Of a DNA stretch of 64,000 nucleotides, positions 61,768 through 64,000 are shown one piece after another; the first letter of the stretch is position 1; every line of letters begins with the position of its first letter. The stretch is from an uncultured Nitrospinota bacterium. GTDB lineage: Bacteria; Tectomicrobia; Entotheonellia; J063; CAVPRW01. The stretch is taken from contig CAVPRW010000005.1 in NCBI GenBank assembly GCA_963707985.1, positions 96,001 to 160,000 of the forward strand, written 5' to 3'. Below the pieces are notes generated by a model, which was not told the DNA's origin, ran no database searches, and was given only the letters and a program-made list of their open reading frames with translations. The position numbers were made by a program, and so were the translations under genes.

Positions 61768-62280
61768 ATGACGATTGAGGCACGGTTTATCGCTGATACG
61801 ATGCTTGGGAAACTCACGAAATGGTTGCGTGTGATGGGAATCGATGTAATGTATTATCCTGACGCCACCGATGCCCACCTCTTGCAGTGCGCAGAGCCTG
61901 GAGGGAGAATCGTCATGACGCGGGATCGGTGCTTGATGCGCCGTCGGGAGCTGGCGCAGTGCTTTTACATCGTGAGCGATTACTACCATGAGCAAGTGCG
62001 CCAGGTCGTGCAAGCGTTTCGTCTCAGTGAGAGCATTCAGGTTTTCAGCCGCTGTCTCCAATGTAATATGCTTCTGGGGGGAATCGCCAAACCGCTTGTG
62101 GAGGGAAGGGTTCCCCCGTACGTGTATGCTTCGCAAATGACTTTCAAACACTGTGCGATATGTAAGCGGTTATATTGGGGAGGGACGCATCGTGACAATA
62201 TGCTCCGACAACTTCAGGCGATGCTCAGCGGCCTGCTCGAAATCAGTCCTGAGACGCATCGCTGTATGACTCGTCCATAG
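61768..62280 (+). CDS. Mut7-C RNase domain protein
   Basis: DTMLGKLTKWLRVMG, TRD, RCLQCN, CAICKRLYWGGTH. Confidence 0.9.
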   Translation: MTIEARFIADTMLGKLTKWLRVMGIDVMYYPDATDAHLLQCAEPGGRIVMTRDRCLMRRRELAQCFYIVSDYYHEQVRQVVQAFRLSESIQVFSRCLQCNMLLGGIAKPLVEGRVPPYVYASQMTFKHCAICKRLYWGGTHRDNMLRQLQAMLSGLLEISPETHRCMTRP

Positions 62281-62472
62281 CGGTAATGGATCTTTCCCAC
62301 GATCGGAGGACGGACTCAATTTTCAGCTTCATGATGGGCATGACCGGTGCTGGCAACAATTACCTGGGCCGGAAACGCAACCTTGGGCTATGAGTACGAT
62401 AGCTCATGCCGAGCAGAAGCACTCTGCCCAGGTAGATCTCTAACCACAGGACCGAGGAAGGATCGGTATGTG

Positions 62473-63675
62473 ATGGCGGGAAGTGCTCCAAACATTACTG
62501 TGAGTGCTGAGGTGGCCCAGCTGAGCGAATTCGTCATCGATCTGCGTCGCACACTCCATCAATGGCCAGAGTTAGGATTCCAGGAAAGACGTACCAGCGG
62601 ATTCGTGGCCGAGCGCCTCCAGGCGTTGGGGATTGAGGTGAGAACCGGTGTGGCACAGACGGGGGTGCTGGGCATCCTGCGGGGAAATGGGGTGGGGAAG
62701 ACCGTATTATTGCGAGCTGATATAGATGGGCTCCCCATTGAGGAAGTGAGTGGCGCTCCATATGCCTCCCAGAATCCTGGTGTCATGCATGCTTGTGGAC
62801 ACGATGGCCACACGGCTATCTTGCTCACCGTGGCTCGGGTGCTAGCGCAGCATCGCCAACACTTTTCCGGGACGGTGAAGTTCGCCTTCCAACCAGCCGA
62901 GGAGCTGCCGCCGGGCGGTGCGAAGGGAATGATTGAAGAGGGTGTTCTAGAGCATCCAAAAGTTGACGCCACATTTGGCTTGCACCTTTGGAACGGTCTC
63001 CCCGTAGGGAAGATTGGGGTGGATGCAGGACCCATCATGGCTAGCGTCGATCGGTTCGACATTGTTATTATAGGGGTCGGGAGTCATGGGGCCTATCCCC
63101 ATAGCGGCGTTGACCCCATTGTCGTGGGCAGCCATGTCGTGGCCGCCCTGCAGACGGTGGTCAGTCGAGAAGTGCCGCCATTGGCACCAGTGGTGGTAAC
63201 CGTGGGAACATTTCACGGAGGCACCGCCTTCAACGTCATCCCTAGCCATGTGGAGCTGTCGGGCACGGTGCGTACCGTGGACAAGCGTATTCGCGACGAA
63301 ATGCCCGCGCGGCTTGAGCGCATCGTGCGGGGAATCACCTCTGGGATGCGGGCGGATTCCAGTTTCAATTACGTATTTGGGTATCCTGTGACCGTCAACG
63401 ATGGGGGCAGGGCTCAATTTGCGCGGCGAGTGGCCGAGGGGATCGTTGGCGAAGCCAATGTCGTATCGGTCGGTATGACCATGGGTGCCGAGGACATGGC
63501 CTATTTTCTGGACGCTGTGCCGGGGTGCTATCTCCGATTAGGGTCCGGAAACCCCGACAAGGGGCTCATTCATCCGCATCATAGTGCCCTGTTCAATTTT
63601 GATGAGGCGGCCTTACCTATTGGGGTCGAACTCCTCACCCAACTGACACTCGCTTACTTGAGCGGGCGGAAGTAG
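62473..63675 (+). CDS. M20D family amidohydrolase
   Basis: LRADIDGLP, MHACGHDGH, FQPAEE, AEDMAY, HH..FNFDE. Confidence 0.93.
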   Translation: MAGSAPNITVSAEVAQLSEFVIDLRRTLHQWPELGFQERRTSGFVAERLQALGIEVRTGVAQTGVLGILRGNGVGKTVLLRADIDGLPIEEVSGAPYASQNPGVMHACGHDGHTAILLTVARVLAQHRQHFSGTVKFAFQPAEELPPGGAKGMIEEGVLEHPKVDATFGLHLWNGLPVGKIGVDAGPIMASVDRFDIVIIGVGSHGAYPHSGVDPIVVGSHVVAALQTVVSREVPPLAPVVVTVGTFHGGTAFNVIPSHVELSGTVRTVDKRIRDEMPARLERIVRGITSGMRADSSFNYVFGYPVTVNDGGRAQFARRVAEGIVGEANVVSVGMTMGAEDMAYFLDAVPGCYLRLGSGNPDKGLIHPHHSALFNFDEAALPIGVELLTQLTLAYLSGRK

Positions 63676-64000
63676 CCATTTCCGGGGACATCGTCGCAAA
63701 GGCCATAGGAGACATTAAATGGGACGTTGGTGGACTGTTGCAGTGGTTACTGTATTGGTGGCGATCGGGTTATTCAACGGATGCGAGCTGGGCTGGGACT
63801 TCTTGAAGGAGAGCGGGAGCGGTGGAACGGCGGGAGCACAATCGGACTGTCAAAATAGTCGGGTGGTGACGGGACAATTTCCACCCAGCGGAAACTTCTT
63901 TGCCACTGGGACATTCACCGCCGACTATACTTCTCCTAAATTTACTCGTCCTGTCTCACCAAAAGCTCTTGGCCTTCGCGTTAGCCGGAACCGGCTATGG

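Overview
This is a GC-rich bacterial chromosomal window. Its gene content (three CaiB/BaiF CoA-transferases, a luciferase-like monooxygenase, Liv-type and sugar ABC transporters, and holB-ricT-metG-tatD) resembles environmental lineages such as Ca. Tectomicrobia, but that assignment is only an inference. 1-5150 is the right part of a decaying satellite/IME-like element. It carries a primase-helicase broken by an in-frame TAG, two small HTH genes, a HicB relic and a HEPN/MNT-like pair, and it ends in a tRNA-Leu 3'-end duplicate resembling the phage P4 att core. 5.6-24 kb holds two-component genes, TetR, hydrolases, a liv operon and a tyrosine integrase relic missed by the ORF track. 24.3-30.4 kb is a tightly coupled non-canonical chaperone operon (809-aa helical protein, J-protein without HPD, GrpE, Hsp70, Zn-ribbon protein, GNAT). 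37.5-40.8 kb has an IS630 and a truncated IS3. In both, the departures I checked from conserved family motifs are nearly all A>C or T>G transversions, whereas the non-IS relics show mostly transitions. This is the strongest hint of an undescribed system: RIP-like, repeat-targeted A:T>C:G hypermutation. 41-64 kb is mostly metabolic and housekeeping genes. About eight genes carry isolated +1 insertions that look like sequencing artefacts. No rRNA, intact tRNA or CRISPR array was seen.
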